Assembly: GCA_963702895.1 (NCBI GenBank)
Contig: OY969767.1
Location: forward strand, 576,001 to 640,000
Direction of reading: 5' to 3'
DNA: 64,000 bases
DNA from: an uncultured Elusimicrobia bacterium
Lineage (GTDB): Bacteria > Elusimicrobiota > Elusimicrobia > 2-01-FULL-59-12
Shown: positions 42,494 through 52,119 of the stretch, piece after piece
Position numbering within the stretch: the stretch's first letter is position 1
Layout of the letters: every line of letters begins with the position of its first letter
Notes under the pieces: generated by a model
The model's database searches: none
What the model was told of the DNA's origin: nothing
What the model saw: the letters and a program-made list of their open reading frames with translations, nothing else
Made by a program: the position numbers and the translations under genes

Positions 42494-43829
42494 GAAGGAC
42501 TCCTTTTTAGGAACTTGGACAAAGCGCATGGATTGGCCCACGATGGCCGTGGCCGCCGTCTTAGCGACGCTTGGCCTGATCGCGGTGTATTCTGCGGTCA
42601 ATCTTTCAAACGCCTCGACGCGCTTTGTCGTGAAGCAGCTCCTGGCGGTGGGTCTCGGTTTGATCGCGATCTTTGTCCTGAGCAGCCTCAATTACCAGAT
42701 CTTCCGTGCCTATCCTTCTGTCATCTATGGGATCACGGTGTTTCTCCTTCTGGCTGTGCTCGTGGTCGGCAGGCGCATCAATGGGGCCAAGAGTTGGATC
42801 GTCTTCGGGCCTCTTTCCTTCGAGCCTTTGGAGTTGGCGCGCCTAGGATTTATTGTCGTGATTGCGGCTCTCTTGGATTTTCCAGAAAAGGAAATGCGGC
42901 CGATCCGCTGGATGGCAAGCGTCTTTGGACTCGGCGCCTTGCACATGCTTCTGATCTTACGGCAGCCCTACCTGGGGGGGACTCTCGTCTACGGCCCCAT
43001 CATGCTGGGGATGCTCTATTTTGCGGGCGTTCCCCCCATCTACCTTTTGGCTGTGCTCTTTTATGGGAGTGTTGCCGTCGGGCTTCCCCTCATGTCCACC
43101 TTCTTTTCGATGCAGCCGCATCTTCTTGAGCAGCATCCTGTCCTACGCTTTCTTGTGGCAAGCGCCTCCGGGACACGTTCTGGGATCGAGTTGCTTGTCC
43201 TGACCACGGCGATTATTTTTGGGCTGTGGTGGTTTCTCCGTAAGATGCAGGTGCGTTTGCCTTGGCAATATCCCGGACTTCTTTCCATGATCGTGGCTCT
43301 TGGTGTTTACACGGCGCATGCCGTTCTCTTTTTCATCAAAGACTTCCAGCGCAAGCGTCTCGCTGTTTTCTTGAGCCCCGGGTTTGATCCTTTGGGTGCG
43401 GGCTATCAAGTCCTGCAATCCCAGATCGCTATTGGGAGCGGGCGGGTTCTCGGCAAGGGGCTTTTCTCCGGGAGTCAAACGCAGCTGGGCTTCCTCCCCG
43501 AAAAACATACGGACTTTATTTATTCCGTGATCGGCGAGGAAATGGGCTTTGTGTGGTCCGCTGTGGTGTTGATCGCTTTTGGGGTCCTCATCTGGAGAGC
43601 TCTTGTGATTGCGACAGAATCCCAGGACCGTTTTGGGTCGCTGATTGCGGTGGGGATTGCCTGCCTTTTTGGATTCCAAAGTCTGATGAACATCGGGATG
43701 ACCCTGGGGCTTTTGCCCGTGACCGGGGTTGCCCTCCCTTTCGTGTCGTACGGCGGCTCGCATATGCTGGGTGCGATGATCGCCATTGGCCTATTACAGA
43801 GCGTTAATTTTAGGAGGTATATCTACTAA
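42486..43829 (+). CDS. rodA: Rod shape-determining protein RodA (SEDS family)
   Basis: GAKSW, LPEKHTDFI, LPFVSYGGS. Confidence 0.96.
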   Translation: MIRKDSFLGTWTKRMDWPTMAVAAVLATLGLIAVYSAVNLSNASTRFVVKQLLAVGLGLIAIFVLSSLNYQIFRAYPSVIYGITVFLLLAVLVVGRRINGAKSWIVFGPLSFEPLELARLGFIVVIAALLDFPEKEMRPIRWMASVFGLGALHMLLILRQPYLGGTLVYGPIMLGMLYFAGVPPIYLLAVLFYGSVAVGLPLMSTFFSMQPHLLEQHPVLRFLVASASGTRSGIELLVLTTAIIFGLWWFLRKMQVRLPWQYPGLLSMIVALGVYTAHAVLFFIKDFQRKRLAVFLSPGFDPLGAGYQVLQSQIAIGSGRVLGKGLFSGSQTQLGFLPEKHTDFIYSVIGEEMGFVWSAVVLIAFGVLIWRALVIATESQDRFGSLIAVGIACLFGFQSLMNIGMTLGLLPVTGVALPFVSYGGSHMLGAMIAIGLLQSVNFRRYIY

Positions 43830-45625
43830 TGGATGATTTAAAAGATCAAGAGAAGCAACCCCTTCTGCTGCCGGAACACGCCAAGGCTGCCGAGGAAATA
43901 CCGGGTGGAGCGCAGGACGAGCCAGACGATATCGAAATTATCGACGATATCGCTACGGAACCAGAGATTGAGCCGCGTGAAGAACAGCCCCAAGAGGAAA
44001 TCGAAGCGCTCCCCTTGCCGCGCGACAGACGTCCGCAAGGGCAGGCTCAAGAGCCTCGGGGTCGCCGTGACCAGCGAGGGGGACGGGACAATCGGGGCCA
44101 TCGTGACCACCGCGGCGGACAGAACAGCCACCACCGGCAGCATTCCTTTATTGAATCCCGTCACCGAGGACCGAACAACCACGCGAAGGATGCCAAGCGG
44201 GAGATCCTGGTCAACTGCTCTCCCGAAGAGACGCGCGTGGCCGTGTTGGAGAACAATCAGCTCATCGAGTTCCTGATCGAGCGCTCGGAATCCGAAAAGA
44301 TCGTTGGGAATATCTATAAAGGAAAAGTCGAAAATGTCCTCCCTGGGATTTCTTCGGCCTTTGTCAATATTGGCCTTGAGAAAAACGCCTATCTTTACGT
44401 CTCGGATGTCATCCCCACGCCGGGGCACCACCCCTCTGCCCAGATCGAGAAGATGATCGCGCGAAACGAAGTGATCATGCTTCAGGTGGCGAAGGAGGCC
44501 ATCGGCACCAAAGGCGTCAAGGTGTCCATGGACATCTCCCTGCCAGGGCGTTTTCTGGTGTATATGCCGCTCGCTGAACATCTTGGGGTCTCCAAAAACA
44601 TTGCGGAGCGTGCCGAGCGAGAGCGCTTGCGCAGCATCATTGAAAGCTGCGCCCCGGAAAAGGGGGGAGTCATCATCCGCACGGAAGCCGAAGGCGCTGA
44701 AGAGGAAGCCCTCCGGCGTGAGATGGCCTACCTCATCCGGTTGTGGGACTCCATTCAAAAGCGCTGTGAGTCTGGGCCGACGCCGTCGCTGGTGCACCGG
44801 GATCTGGGGCTTGTCTTCCAAACGGTCCGCGATGTGTTTACGGAAAATACATCGATCTTTCTTGTGGATTCACGGAGTGAATACCGCGATCTGATGGACT
44901 TCCTCGATAATATCAGCCCGGAACTGAAGAGCCGCGTGAAACTCTACGAGGGACGCACGCCTCTGTTCCAGGCGTTCCATATCGAAAAGCAGATCGAAAA
45001 GTTGCGCTCGGCTCGCGTGGACCTGCCCTCCGGCGGCTATATCATCATCCAAGAAGCCGAAGGTCTCTGCGCGATCGACGTCAACACCGGCAAATTTACC
45101 GGCAAGAAGTCTCAAGAAGAGACCGTCACGGCCACCAATGTCGAAGCGGCGAAGGAAGTGGCCCGCCAGCTCAGGCTTCGCAACATTGGCGGCATCATTG
45201 TGATTGACTTTATCGATATGCGCCATGCGCGTAACCGGCAAAAGGTGACGGAGGTCCTTGCGGACTTCACGCGCGATGATCGCGCCAAGATCAAAATCCT
45301 TCCGATCACCCGGCTCGGGCTTATTGAGATGACACGGGAGCGCAAGCGTGAGTCCTTGTTCGCGCTTTTGGGTGAAGAATGCCCGCAATGCCATGCGTCT
45401 GGCCGCGTTCTCTCCCAGGAATCCATGTACATCCGGCTCAAGCGCGAGATCCTCAACATGACCCATGGCCGTCACGGCAACGAGATTAAGATCTCGCTCC
45501 ACCCCTCGGTGGCGGACTATGTCAATGAGCGAAGGTCGAGGCTCGAAAACGCTATCAAACACAAGCTGATAGTGACGCCCGATCCCAATATTCTCTGGGA
45601 GGAGTACAGGATTCTCATTGAATAA
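43829..45625 (+). CDS. Ribonuclease E/G family with N-terminal disordered extension
   Basis: S1 domain (VGNIYKG), IDVNTG, RLRNIGGIIVIDFIDM, CPQC. Confidence 0.95.
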   Translation: MDDLKDQEKQPLLLPEHAKAAEEIPGGAQDEPDDIEIIDDIATEPEIEPREEQPQEEIEALPLPRDRRPQGQAQEPRGRRDQRGGRDNRGHRDHRGGQNSHHRQHSFIESRHRGPNNHAKDAKREILVNCSPEETRVAVLENNQLIEFLIERSESEKIVGNIYKGKVENVLPGISSAFVNIGLEKNAYLYVSDVIPTPGHHPSAQIEKMIARNEVIMLQVAKEAIGTKGVKVSMDISLPGRFLVYMPLAEHLGVSKNIAERAERERLRSIIESCAPEKGGVIIRTEAEGAEEEALRREMAYLIRLWDSIQKRCESGPTPSLVHRDLGLVFQTVRDVFTENTSIFLVDSRSEYRDLMDFLDNISPELKSRVKLYEGRTPLFQAFHIEKQIEKLRSARVDLPSGGYIIIQEAEGLCAIDVNTGKFTGKKSQEETVTATNVEAAKEVARQLRLRNIGGIIVIDFIDMRHARNRQKVTEVLADFTRDDRAKIKILPITRLGLIEMTRERKRESLFALLGEECPQCHASGRVLSQESMYIRLKREILNMTHGRHGNEIKISLHPSVADYVNERRSRLENAIKHKLIVTPDPNILWEEYRILIE

Positions 45626-45665
45626 GGGGCTTTGAAACTGATATTATGGCGGCTCGTTTCCGTCT

Positions 45666-45983
45666 ATGAATACTTACGCGATTATCGAAACCGGCGGCAA
45701 GCAATACCGTGTGGAGCAGGGCACAAGGCTACAGGTCGAGGCCCTTCCCTTTGAAAAAGGGGGAGAGGTGGTCCTGGACCGGGTGCTCTTCTTGTCAACG
45801 GATCAGGGCGTTCAGGTCGGCAAGCCCGTGGTGAGCGGCGCCAAGGTTGTAGCGCAGGTCACAGCCCAGGACAAAGGACCTAAGATTCTTGTGTTCAAGA
45901 AGCGCTCCAAGAAGACCTACAAGAAGACGATGGGCCACCGTCAGCGCTATACAGAACTCGTCGTCAAATCCATTTCCGCTTAA
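45666..45983 (+). CDS. rplU: 50S ribosomal protein L21
   Basis: YAIIETGGKQY, GHRQ. Confidence 0.98.
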   Translation: MNTYAIIETGGKQYRVEQGTRLQVEALPFEKGGEVVLDRVLFLSTDQGVQVGKPVVSGAKVVAQVTAQDKGPKILVFKKRSKKTYKKTMGHRQRYTELVVKSISA

Positions 45984-45998
45984 CAAAAGGAAGTTCTC

Positions 45999-46253
45999 AT
46001 GGCATCGACAAAATCACAAGGCAGTTCCAGTAATGGTCGCGATTCCGCCGGCCAGCGCTTAGGCGTCAAAGCCTATGGCGGCCAAAAGGTCACGGCGGGC
46101 TCCATCATCATCCGTCAGCGCGGCACCCGCTGTTTCCCGGGCTTAAACGTCAAGATGGGTTCCGACAATACGCTCTTTTCCCGCATCGACGGTATCGTCA
46201 CGTTTGAATGGCGCTCCAAAGACCGCAAGCAGGTGTCGGTCTATCCCTCCTGA
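45999..46253 (+). CDS. rpmA: 50S ribosomal protein L27
   Basis: NGRDS..QRLGVK, IIRQRGT. Confidence 0.98.
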   Translation: MASTKSQGSSSNGRDSAGQRLGVKAYGGQKVTAGSIIIRQRGTRCFPGLNVKMGSDNTLFSRIDGIVTFEWRSKDRKQVSVYPS

Positions 46254-46254
46254 T

Positions 46255-46310
46255 GTCATTCCCGCGAAAGCGGGAATCCATGGATCCCCGCTTACGGCCG
46301 CGGGGATGAC
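46255..46310. repeat. GTCAT...TGAC double-hairpin palindromic element
   Basis: GTCATTCCCGCGAAAGCGGGAATCCATGGATCCCCGCTTACGGCCGCGGGGATGAC. Confidence 0.8.
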
Positions 46311-46320
46311 AGAATAAAAA

Positions 46321-47664
46321 ATGCTCTCCGAATCTCGAGAACGATCTCTCTTTGTCGACCACACCCGCATTGTGGTGCGTGGCGGGAAGGGCGGCAACGG
46401 TTGCCTGTCTTTCCGGCGGGAAAAGTTTGTCCCCTTTGGCGGTCCGGACGGCGGCAACGGCGGCCGCGGGGGGGATGTGATCCTTGTCTCTGACCCTCAG
46501 AAGAAATCACTCCTGGACCTCACCTATCAACCGCATTACCACGCCTCGGAAGGGGACCCCGGGTCAGGTTCGAATAAAGTGGGTAAAAGCGCAGAAGATC
46601 TTCTTGTCTACGTTCCTGCGGGGACGCTGGTCATGCGTGATGGAAAAGTCTTGGCCGACCTGCGCGAACCGGCTGTGCGCTATGTGGCGGCCAAAGGGGG
46701 GCGCGGGGGTCGGGGCAACGCTTCTTTCAAGACCCAACGCAATACAGCCCCCCATCTTTCGGAAAAAGGCGAACCGGGCGAGGAGTTCACCCTGGAACTG
46801 GAGCTTAAGCTTCTGGCGGATGTGGGCCTCATCGGATGCCCGAACGCGGGAAAGTCCACGCTCTTGTCGCGCCTGACCAGCGCACGGCCCAAGATCGCGG
46901 ATTACCCCTTCACGACTTTAAACCCCAATCTCGGAGTGGCCGGGTGGCATGGTGTCCAACTGGTGCTGGCGGACATCCCCGGCCTGATTGAAGGGGCCCA
47001 CGCCGGCCGGGGACTGGGCCATGACTTCTTGCGTCATATTGAGCGCACGCGTGTCTTGTTTCATGTTGTGGACATGTCCGGTTTTGACGGGAAAGACCCC
47101 TACGAGTTGATTCAAATGATCCAAGCAGAGCTCAAGGCCTATTCGCCGAAACTCTTAAAAAAACCTACGATCTTGGTCGCTAATAAAATGGATGTCACAG
47201 GCGCCCGGGAAGCGCTTGCGGCCTTGAAAAAAAAGTTGAAGAAAACGAAAATCTATCCGATCTCGGCGGCCACCGGTGAGGGGCTGGATCCACTGCTGGC
47301 GTTTGCTGCCAGAGAGCTCGCCAAACCTATCGCGATGGAGGAAGCGGCGGAAGAAGAACCGTTTCGCTTTGTCATGGAGCTTGATTTTGAGGTGGAGCGG
47401 GAGGCGTCGGAAGGGAGACCCCTCTTCCGCGTGAAAGGGACCAAAGTCGAGAGGCTCGCCGCGATGACGAATTTTGGCCAAGACGAAGGCGCCCGGCGCT
47501 TTATGAACATTTTGAAGAAGATGGGTGTCGAGAAAGAGCTCGAACGCCAAGGGGTGGAACCCGGGGATACGGTCAAAGTCGGCCACATCGAGTTTTTCTA
47601 CGAATGGGATGATGAAGGGAAGAAACCTTATGCTAAGAAAAGGTATCGGCCGAGTCGTCGTTAA
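46321..47664 (+). CDS. obgE: GTPase ObgE/CgtA with C-terminal OCT domain
   Basis: FRREKFVPFGGPDGG, GCPNAGKST, DIPG, NKMD. Confidence 0.97.
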   Translation: MLSESRERSLFVDHTRIVVRGGKGGNGCLSFRREKFVPFGGPDGGNGGRGGDVILVSDPQKKSLLDLTYQPHYHASEGDPGSGSNKVGKSAEDLLVYVPAGTLVMRDGKVLADLREPAVRYVAAKGGRGGRGNASFKTQRNTAPHLSEKGEPGEEFTLELELKLLADVGLIGCPNAGKSTLLSRLTSARPKIADYPFTTLNPNLGVAGWHGVQLVLADIPGLIEGAHAGRGLGHDFLRHIERTRVLFHVVDMSGFDGKDPYELIQMIQAELKAYSPKLLKKPTILVANKMDVTGAREALAALKKKLKKTKIYPISAATGEGLDPLLAFAARELAKPIAMEEAAEEEPFRFVMELDFEVEREASEGRPLFRVKGTKVERLAAMTNFGQDEGARRFMNILKKMGVEKELERQGVEPGDTVKVGHIEFFYEWDDEGKKPYAKKRYRPSRR

Positions 47665-48412
47665 GATCGGGACAAGTCTTCTCACGAAGGACGGCGGCCA
47701 TTTGCATCTGGCCCGGATGGCGCGTTTTGCCAAAGAGCTCTCGGCCCTGCGCAAAAGCGGCACGGAAGTCTTGCTGGTGAGCTCCGGCGCCATCGCGGCG
47801 GGCCTCGGCGAGCTGGGATGGAAGAAGCGCCCTTCCGAGCTCGCCAAAAAGCAGGCGGCGGCCGCTATCGGCCAGCCCAAGCTCATGGAGACCTACCGGC
47901 GGCTCTTTCGCGCGCGCGGCGTCAAAGTCGCCCAAGTGCTCCTGACGCGGGAGGATTTTGAGAATTCCATGCGCCGCCAGAACGCGCGCGCGACGCTCGA
48001 AACCCTCATCGCCTCGGGCATCATTCCGATCATCAACGAGAACGACACCGTGGCGGTCGAAGAAATCCGTGTGGGGGACAACGATACCCTGGCCGCCTAC
48101 GTCGCCGTCAAGGTCCAAGCGGATCTCCTGGTGCTCCTGACGGACGTCGAGGGTCTTTTAACCCGGCACCCGAAGCAGGGAGAGGGCCAGCTCATTCAGG
48201 AAGTCGCGCGGATGACGCCTGCGATCGAGTCGCTTGCCCACCACGCCCCGGGCTCGGAGGGCGGAACGGGCGGCATGATGACCAAAATCCGCGCTGCGAA
48301 GTACGCCACCATCCATGGCGTTGCCATGATCATCGCCTCCGGCCTCAAGGCCGGGGTCCTCGCGCGCCTCGTCCAAGGCGAACCGAGCGGAACCTATTTT
48401 CACGCCAAGTAA
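47630..48412 (+). CDS. proB: Glutamate 5-kinase (no PUA domain)
   Basis: VVKIGTS, VSSGA, NENDTV, GDND, GTGGM.TK. Confidence 0.95.
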   Translation: MLRKGIGRVVVKIGTSLLTKDGGHLHLARMARFAKELSALRKSGTEVLLVSSGAIAAGLGELGWKKRPSELAKKQAAAAIGQPKLMETYRRLFRARGVKVAQVLLTREDFENSMRRQNARATLETLIASGIIPIINENDTVAVEEIRVGDNDTLAAYVAVKVQADLLVLLTDVEGLLTRHPKQGEGQLIQEVARMTPAIESLAHHAPGSEGGTGGMMTKIRAAKYATIHGVAMIIASGLKAGVLARLVQGEPSGTYFHAK

Positions 48413-48852
48413 ACTCAAGCCGGAGACAGACAAACACTCAAAGCAGAGAAACGAAAGCAAAACAGGGAAAGCGCAACGCTGAGATTTCGGCGTTGCTCTT
48501 GGGCTTTCGTCGGTCTGCTTTGATATTTCGGTTCTGGTATGTATTCACCGAAACCCGTCCGGTTCCCCGCGCCTGCCCGCCGAAGCTTGAGCGGAGGCGG
48601 GTCTCCTCCGTCCGCCTATTCCGTCGTCTTCTGTAACCACCTCCCGTCTCAAAAATGAATATTTTCCTGGTTTCTGTATCTAAGAGATGTGGACACTCAT
48701 TGGATCAGAAATATGTCGGTGGTCATAAGGCCCAGAGAACAGCTGGCGAAGCCGGGGGAAGAGGAGCTGGTACGGCGTGCGGGACAGTACCGCGACCCGC
48801 GCATGCCAACGATCCCATCGATGGCAGACGCCGCCGCCCAAGAGGGTCATTT

Positions 48853-49941
48853 ATGAAGATCAATTTCAACGTGCTGGTGAACCATATTTCGCGCGTGCAC
48901 CGGCATTTTCAGGTGCAGGCGGCTCAAGCGGTCAACGTTGGGCTGACACTTCGAAACTGGCTGATTGGCTGTTATGTTCGGGAATACGAGCTCAGGGGAA
49001 GCGATCGGGCCGCGTATGGTGAACGTTTATTGGCCAAACTGGCGCATCAACTCTCTCAGAGCGGAGTCCCGCGATCTGAGGAGCGTGAACTCCGCCGATA
49101 CCGTCAGTTCTTTCTGGCCTATCCGCAGATTCGGGAGTCGCTGCCGCCCGAAGCCGTCGCCAGGCTGGCCGGTGGAGCCAGGCCGGCGGCCATTCGGGAG
49201 ACAGTGTCTCCCGAATCTCATCTTCCAGGAAAGGCCATGCTTGAAAGATTCTCGTTTTCCCATTTCGTCGAATTGCTTCAGCTCGAAGAGCCTCTTCAGC
49301 GCGCTTTTTACGAAGTCGAAGCGTATCGCGCACATTGGTCTGTTCGGGAGCTCAGACGTCAAATCGCCAGTCTGTATTACGAACGCTCACGACTCTCACA
49401 AGACAAGAAAAAGCTGGCCCGGCTTGCCCATGCCGGGGCCGAGCGGCCTGACCCCGCCCTGGCCATCCGTGATCCCTATATCTTTGACTTTCTCGGATTG
49501 AAGGCCAAAGAGGCGCTGACGGAAACCGCTCTTGAGGACTCGCTCCTGGGCCGCTTGCAGGACTTTTTGCTGGAGCTGGGCAGAGGTTTTTGCTTCGAAG
49601 CACGGCAGAAGCGGATCGTCATCGGCGGCGACTCTTTCTTCGTCGACCTGGTCTTCTATCACCGGATCCTGAAATGCCACATTCTGCTCGAACTCAAAGT
49701 CGATGACTTTCGACACGAGCATCTGGGGCAGCTCAATACCTACGTGAATTGGTTTCGCCTTCATGAAAAAGCGCCCGGCGACAATCCGCCTCTCGGCATC
49801 CTGCTTTGTACGAAGAAAAACGAGGCCTTGGTGGAATATGCCTTGGCCGGAATGGACAACCGGCTCTTTGTCTCCAAATATCAGCTCCAACTCCCCAGAA
49901 AAGCGGACATCCAGAACTTCCTCAAAGAGCAGATCAAGTAG
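48853..49941 (+). CDS. YhcG/DUF1016 family PD-(D/E)XK nuclease-domain protein
   Basis: RNWLIG, SFSHF, WSVREL.RQI, RDPYIFDFL, FLLELG.GF.F, DLVFYHR, ELK, GQLNTY. Confidence 0.93.
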   Translation: MKINFNVLVNHISRVHRHFQVQAAQAVNVGLTLRNWLIGCYVREYELRGSDRAAYGERLLAKLAHQLSQSGVPRSEERELRRYRQFFLAYPQIRESLPPEAVARLAGGARPAAIRETVSPESHLPGKAMLERFSFSHFVELLQLEEPLQRAFYEVEAYRAHWSVRELRRQIASLYYERSRLSQDKKKLARLAHAGAERPDPALAIRDPYIFDFLGLKAKEALTETALEDSLLGRLQDFLLELGRGFCFEARQKRIVIGGDSFFVDLVFYHRILKCHILLELKVDDFRHEHLGQLNTYVNWFRLHEKAPGDNPPLGILLCTKKNEALVEYALAGMDNRLFVSKYQLQLPRKADIQNFLKEQIK

Positions 49942-49959
49942 AAGCCGATCACCAGCCTG

Positions 49960-50240
49960 TCCGCCGTCTCCGCCCCGACTGGAAGAAGTAACGGAGTAAC
50001 GGAGTAACGGAGTATCGGAGTAACTTCAGGATCGCAGTAAGGGCCGTGACTCCGATACGCCGATACTCCGGTACACCGTTACGCCTTCAGGCTGTGACTC
50101 CGATACCCCGGTACTCCGTTACGCCGGTTCCCCGTTTCGCCCCGTCTCCCCGTCTCCGCGTCCCCGCGTCTGTCGTCTCCGCCGTCCGTTAATTCCGCCA
50201 CCCGTCTATTCCGCCGCCCGTCTATTCCGCCGTCTCCGTC
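49960..50240. repeat. Degenerate octamer-repeat array with inverted arms
   Basis: (GAGTAACG)n facing (CCGATACT/CCGTTACG)n, then (CCCCGTCT)-like units. Confidence 0.75.
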
Positions 50241-50304
50241 TGAAGAATGAATATTCCCCGGGTTTCTGTATCTAAGAGATGTAGGCATTTTTACATCTTG
50301 GAGG

Positions 50305-50784
50305 ATGCAGGCCATGAAAGAACCAAAGACGCTCAGGCTGTCTTTGGATACCACGATTCCGAACTTTGTCTACGCATTGGACTCACCGGAACGAATGATG
50401 ATCACGAGACGTTTTATGCTGCTGAGGCGATCTCAAGCGTATGAAATGGTGATATCGGCCATCGTGATTGATGAATTGATGCGGGCGCCGGAGTCCAAGA
50501 GGGAGCTCTTGTTAGCGCAAGTCGACGGCCTGGAGCTGCTTCAGATCACGCCGGAAGCGGAGCATCTGGCGCGTCTCTATATCAGAAACAAGATCTTACC
50601 GGCGCGCTCCCTGGATGACGCGCGACACGTTGCCGTGGCGACCCTTCACCGAGTGGATGCGCTCGTGAGCTGGAATTTCGGGCATCTGGTCAATGTCCGA
50701 CGGACGATGGCCATCCATGAGCTCCATGCGCTGATGGGACTTCATATAATTAATATCGTGACGCCAGAGGAGGTTCTGGGATGA
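50305..50784 (+). CDS. PIN-domain protein (VapC-like toxin)
   Basis: LDTT, IDEL, DARHVAVA, LVSWNFGHL, IVTPEE. Start 50305 or 50314. Confidence 0.9.
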   Translation: MQAMKEPKTLRLSLDTTIPNFVYALDSPERMMITRRFMLLRRSQAYEMVISAIVIDELMRAPESKRELLLAQVDGLELLQITPEAEHLARLYIRNKILPARSLDDARHVAVATLHRVDALVSWNFGHLVNVRRTMAIHELHALMGLHIINIVTPEEVLG

Positions 50785-50930
50785 CAAAGATCGATAAATC
50801 ACTTCGCGAAGTCAGGCGTTGGAAGGCCAAAGTCTCGGCGAAAACAAGAAAAATGAAACCCGCCGAGGTCGTCGCGTATTTCCGTTCCGTCACAGCGCAC
50901 TATCGCCACCGCAAAAAAAGCGTAGCCTAG
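50781..50930 (+). CDS. Small basic protein, probable antitoxin partner of the PIN gene
   Basis: 49 aa MTKIDKSLREVRRWKAKVSAKTRKM...; ATGA overlap with the PIN stop codon. Confidence 0.65.
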   Translation: MTKIDKSLREVRRWKAKVSAKTRKMKPAEVVAYFRSVTAHYRHRKKSVA

Positions 50931-50949
50931 CGATATCAAGTCATCAAGG

Positions 50950-51090
50950 CCGTGACTCCGATACCCCGGCACTCCGATACTCCGATACGCGCGTCTCCCC
51001 GTCACCGCCCCGCCGCCGTCTCCGCCCCTCGCTGTCTCCGCCGTACATTCGTTCCGCCGTCCGTCTATTCCGCCGTCCATTCGTTCCGCG
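50950..51090. repeat. Degenerate octamer-repeat array
   Basis: CCGTGACTCCGATACCCCGGCACTCCGATACTCCGATACG... Confidence 0.7.
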
Positions 51091-51289
51091 GTGATCCGGT
51101 GCCTGGCACAGGGCTCCAATCTCACCCACCGATCAAACTCGTCATAGGATGACGGGCGGCGCGGGGGGATAGACCCTCTGCCTCCGATTTCGGGCCTCAC
51201 CGCCTCAAAAAGGCGCGCTCTGTTTTGAGTTTACGTCGTTTTAACACTGCCGTCACAGAAACGCAACGCAAGCCTGTCATACTGGGGTC

Positions 51290-51394
51290 ATGAAAACATG
51301 GTTTGCCAAACAGAGCTATTTAACGCCGCGTGATATTGCGATTCGCTTTTTCATCGGCTTCGCGATAGGCATGCTGTACCTTTCGCTGAAATAA
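51290..51394 (+). CDS. Putative 34-aa single-TM peptide
   Basis: MKTWFAKQSYLTPRDIAIRFFIGFAIGMLYLSLK; extended -10 (TGnCATACT) 6 nt upstream. Confidence 0.4.
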   Translation: MKTWFAKQSYLTPRDIAIRFFIGFAIGMLYLSLK

Positions 51395-51481
51395 CCGCCC
51401 GCCTCTTCCGCCATCCTCGCGTGGGCCGGACAGGCCACGCGAGGACCTACTGCCGGCCGAACCGATCCGTAAGGATGCGGC

Positions 51482-51586
51482 GCCTGTCACAAAGCTCAAA
51501 TCGATTGCCTTATTTCCCGGTATGACCATTCCCTTTGGGCCCAGCCTGGCACGACAGACGCGCTATCTTCTCGCTCGGTGACAGGC
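51482..51586. repeat. ~105-bp cassette-boundary element, copy 1
   Basis: GCCTGTCAC...TTCCCTTTGGGCCCAGCCTGGCACG...GTGACAGGC. Confidence 0.85.
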
Positions 51587-51643
51587 ACTGTATGTCCACT
51601 TCCGGTTCACTTTTCGGCGTATAATTATCATCGCGTCTTGAAA

Positions 51644-52030
51644 ATGATGACCCCTCTGCAAATCGTTGAATGCGCCGGACTTGCTATCCTGGGCGTCTTC
51701 GGGCATGAACTCCTTCTACGACGAAAAGCAAAAGAAGAACAAGGTCTAACCCCTGTCTTTGATTATCGGCTTGAGCCTGGGAGGTTGAATGGTCGCGTTA
51801 CTTTTTACGAATCACTTGTTGTTCGTTCCAACTTTCTGCAGCAGGTGTTTTCCTACGAGAAGATTAAATCGGTGAAGTGTCGTGGTACATTCATTCATGA
51901 GATCGTGATTCAATATGTTGATGGTCAACATGGACTCATCTCTTCCATGTCGATTATCGAAAACAATTCCAAACAGCGTGAGCAGCTGCTCGTTTTCCTC
52001 AGGCAAAAATGCCCCGCAGCGTCAGTTTAA
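51644..52030 (+). CDS. Hypothetical protein with N-terminal TM segment (cassette gene X, copy 1)
   Basis: 128 aa, TATAAT at 51620; near-identical copy at 57470. Confidence 0.7.
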   Translation: MMTPLQIVECAGLAILGVFGHELLLRRKAKEEQGLTPVFDYRLEPGRLNGRVTFYESLVVRSNFLQQVFSYEKIKSVKCRGTFIHEIVIQYVDGQHGLISSMSIIENNSKQREQLLVFLRQKCPAASV

Positions 52031-52119
52031 CCCGATAAGACCCGAAAAGGGTCAGTGTGGAATTGACCCGGTTTGATGGACACACGAAAGGGTAACTAAA
52101 ATGACCCTGGAGGTGTGTG

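Noticed and set aside
48655..48852. N-terminal extension of YhcG in the ORF track
   Set aside because: Family similarity begins near ATG 48853, and the extension starts inside a repeated promoter-like motif.
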